Shown here: one piece after another, positions 55,443-55,609 of the stretch
Layout of the letters: each line of letters opens with the position of its first letter
Position numbering within the stretch: the stretch's first letter is position 1
Assembly: GCA_002104905.1 (NCBI GenBank)
Contig: MCFE01000586.1
Span: 1 to 55,609 of the forward strand
DNA: 55,609 bases
Reading direction: 5' to 3'
From: Basidiobolus meristosporus CBS 931.73
Taxonomy: Eukaryota; Fungi; Basidiobolomycota
Translations under genes and position numbers: made by a program
The notes under the pieces: generated by a model
Seen by the model: only the letters and a program-made list of their open reading frames with translations
Database searches by the model: none
Told to the model about the DNA's origin: nothing

Positions 55443-55609
55443 TTAGGGTTAGGTAGGTTAGGTAGGTTAGGGTTAGGGTAGGGTTAGGGTTAGGGTTAGG
55501 GTTAGGGTTAGGGTTAGGGTTAGGGTTAGGGTTAGGGTTAGGGTTAGGGTTAGGGTTAGGGTTAGGGTTAGGGTTAGGGTTAGGGTTAGGGTTAGGGTTA
55601 GGGTTAGGT
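55437..55609 (+). repeat. Telomere (TTAGGG)n with proximal variant repeats
   Basis: About 170 bp of TTAGGG running to the window end, with TTAGG/TAGG/TAGGG variants in the first 60 bp or so. Confidence 0.98.

Overview
This window is the right-hand end of a eukaryotic chromosome, ending in a (TTAGGG)n telomere. The host is most likely an early-diverging fungus, inferred from short GT-AG introns, TTAGGG repeats, a PP2A B'' subunit and a Crz1-like factor. It has four zones. (1) About 0.5-19.4 kb is a CpG-stripped transposon graveyard: foldback/MITE elements, CACTA- and PIF/Harbinger-like transposase relics, and two internally deleted Ty1/copia elements. (2) About 19.4-43.2 kb is a CpG-normal gene island: TRM7, HOP2, PP2A B'', a PZP/PHD chromatin reader and an intronless Crz1-like C2H2 gene, with a small LTR cluster inside it. 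(3) About 43.3-47.2 kb holds nested copia fragments. (4) The terminal 8.4 kb is a stack of co-oriented modules, most starting with 1-5 TTAGGG repeats on the centromere-proximal side. The best candidate for an undescribed system is in zone 4: an apparently intact APE+RT non-LTR retrotransposon whose 3' end joins telomeric repeats with no poly(A). Its ORF1 and ORF2 are in frame, separated only by TGA-CTA (a stop-readthrough context). Its coding region is almost CpG-free yet open. Its 3' hairpin/AATAAA module is shared by a 5'-truncated copy and by a non-coding, hairpin-rich SINE-like partner, and faintly by an 86-bp satellite from which the telomere is seeded. All family assignments are from motif recognition by eye; no searches were run.
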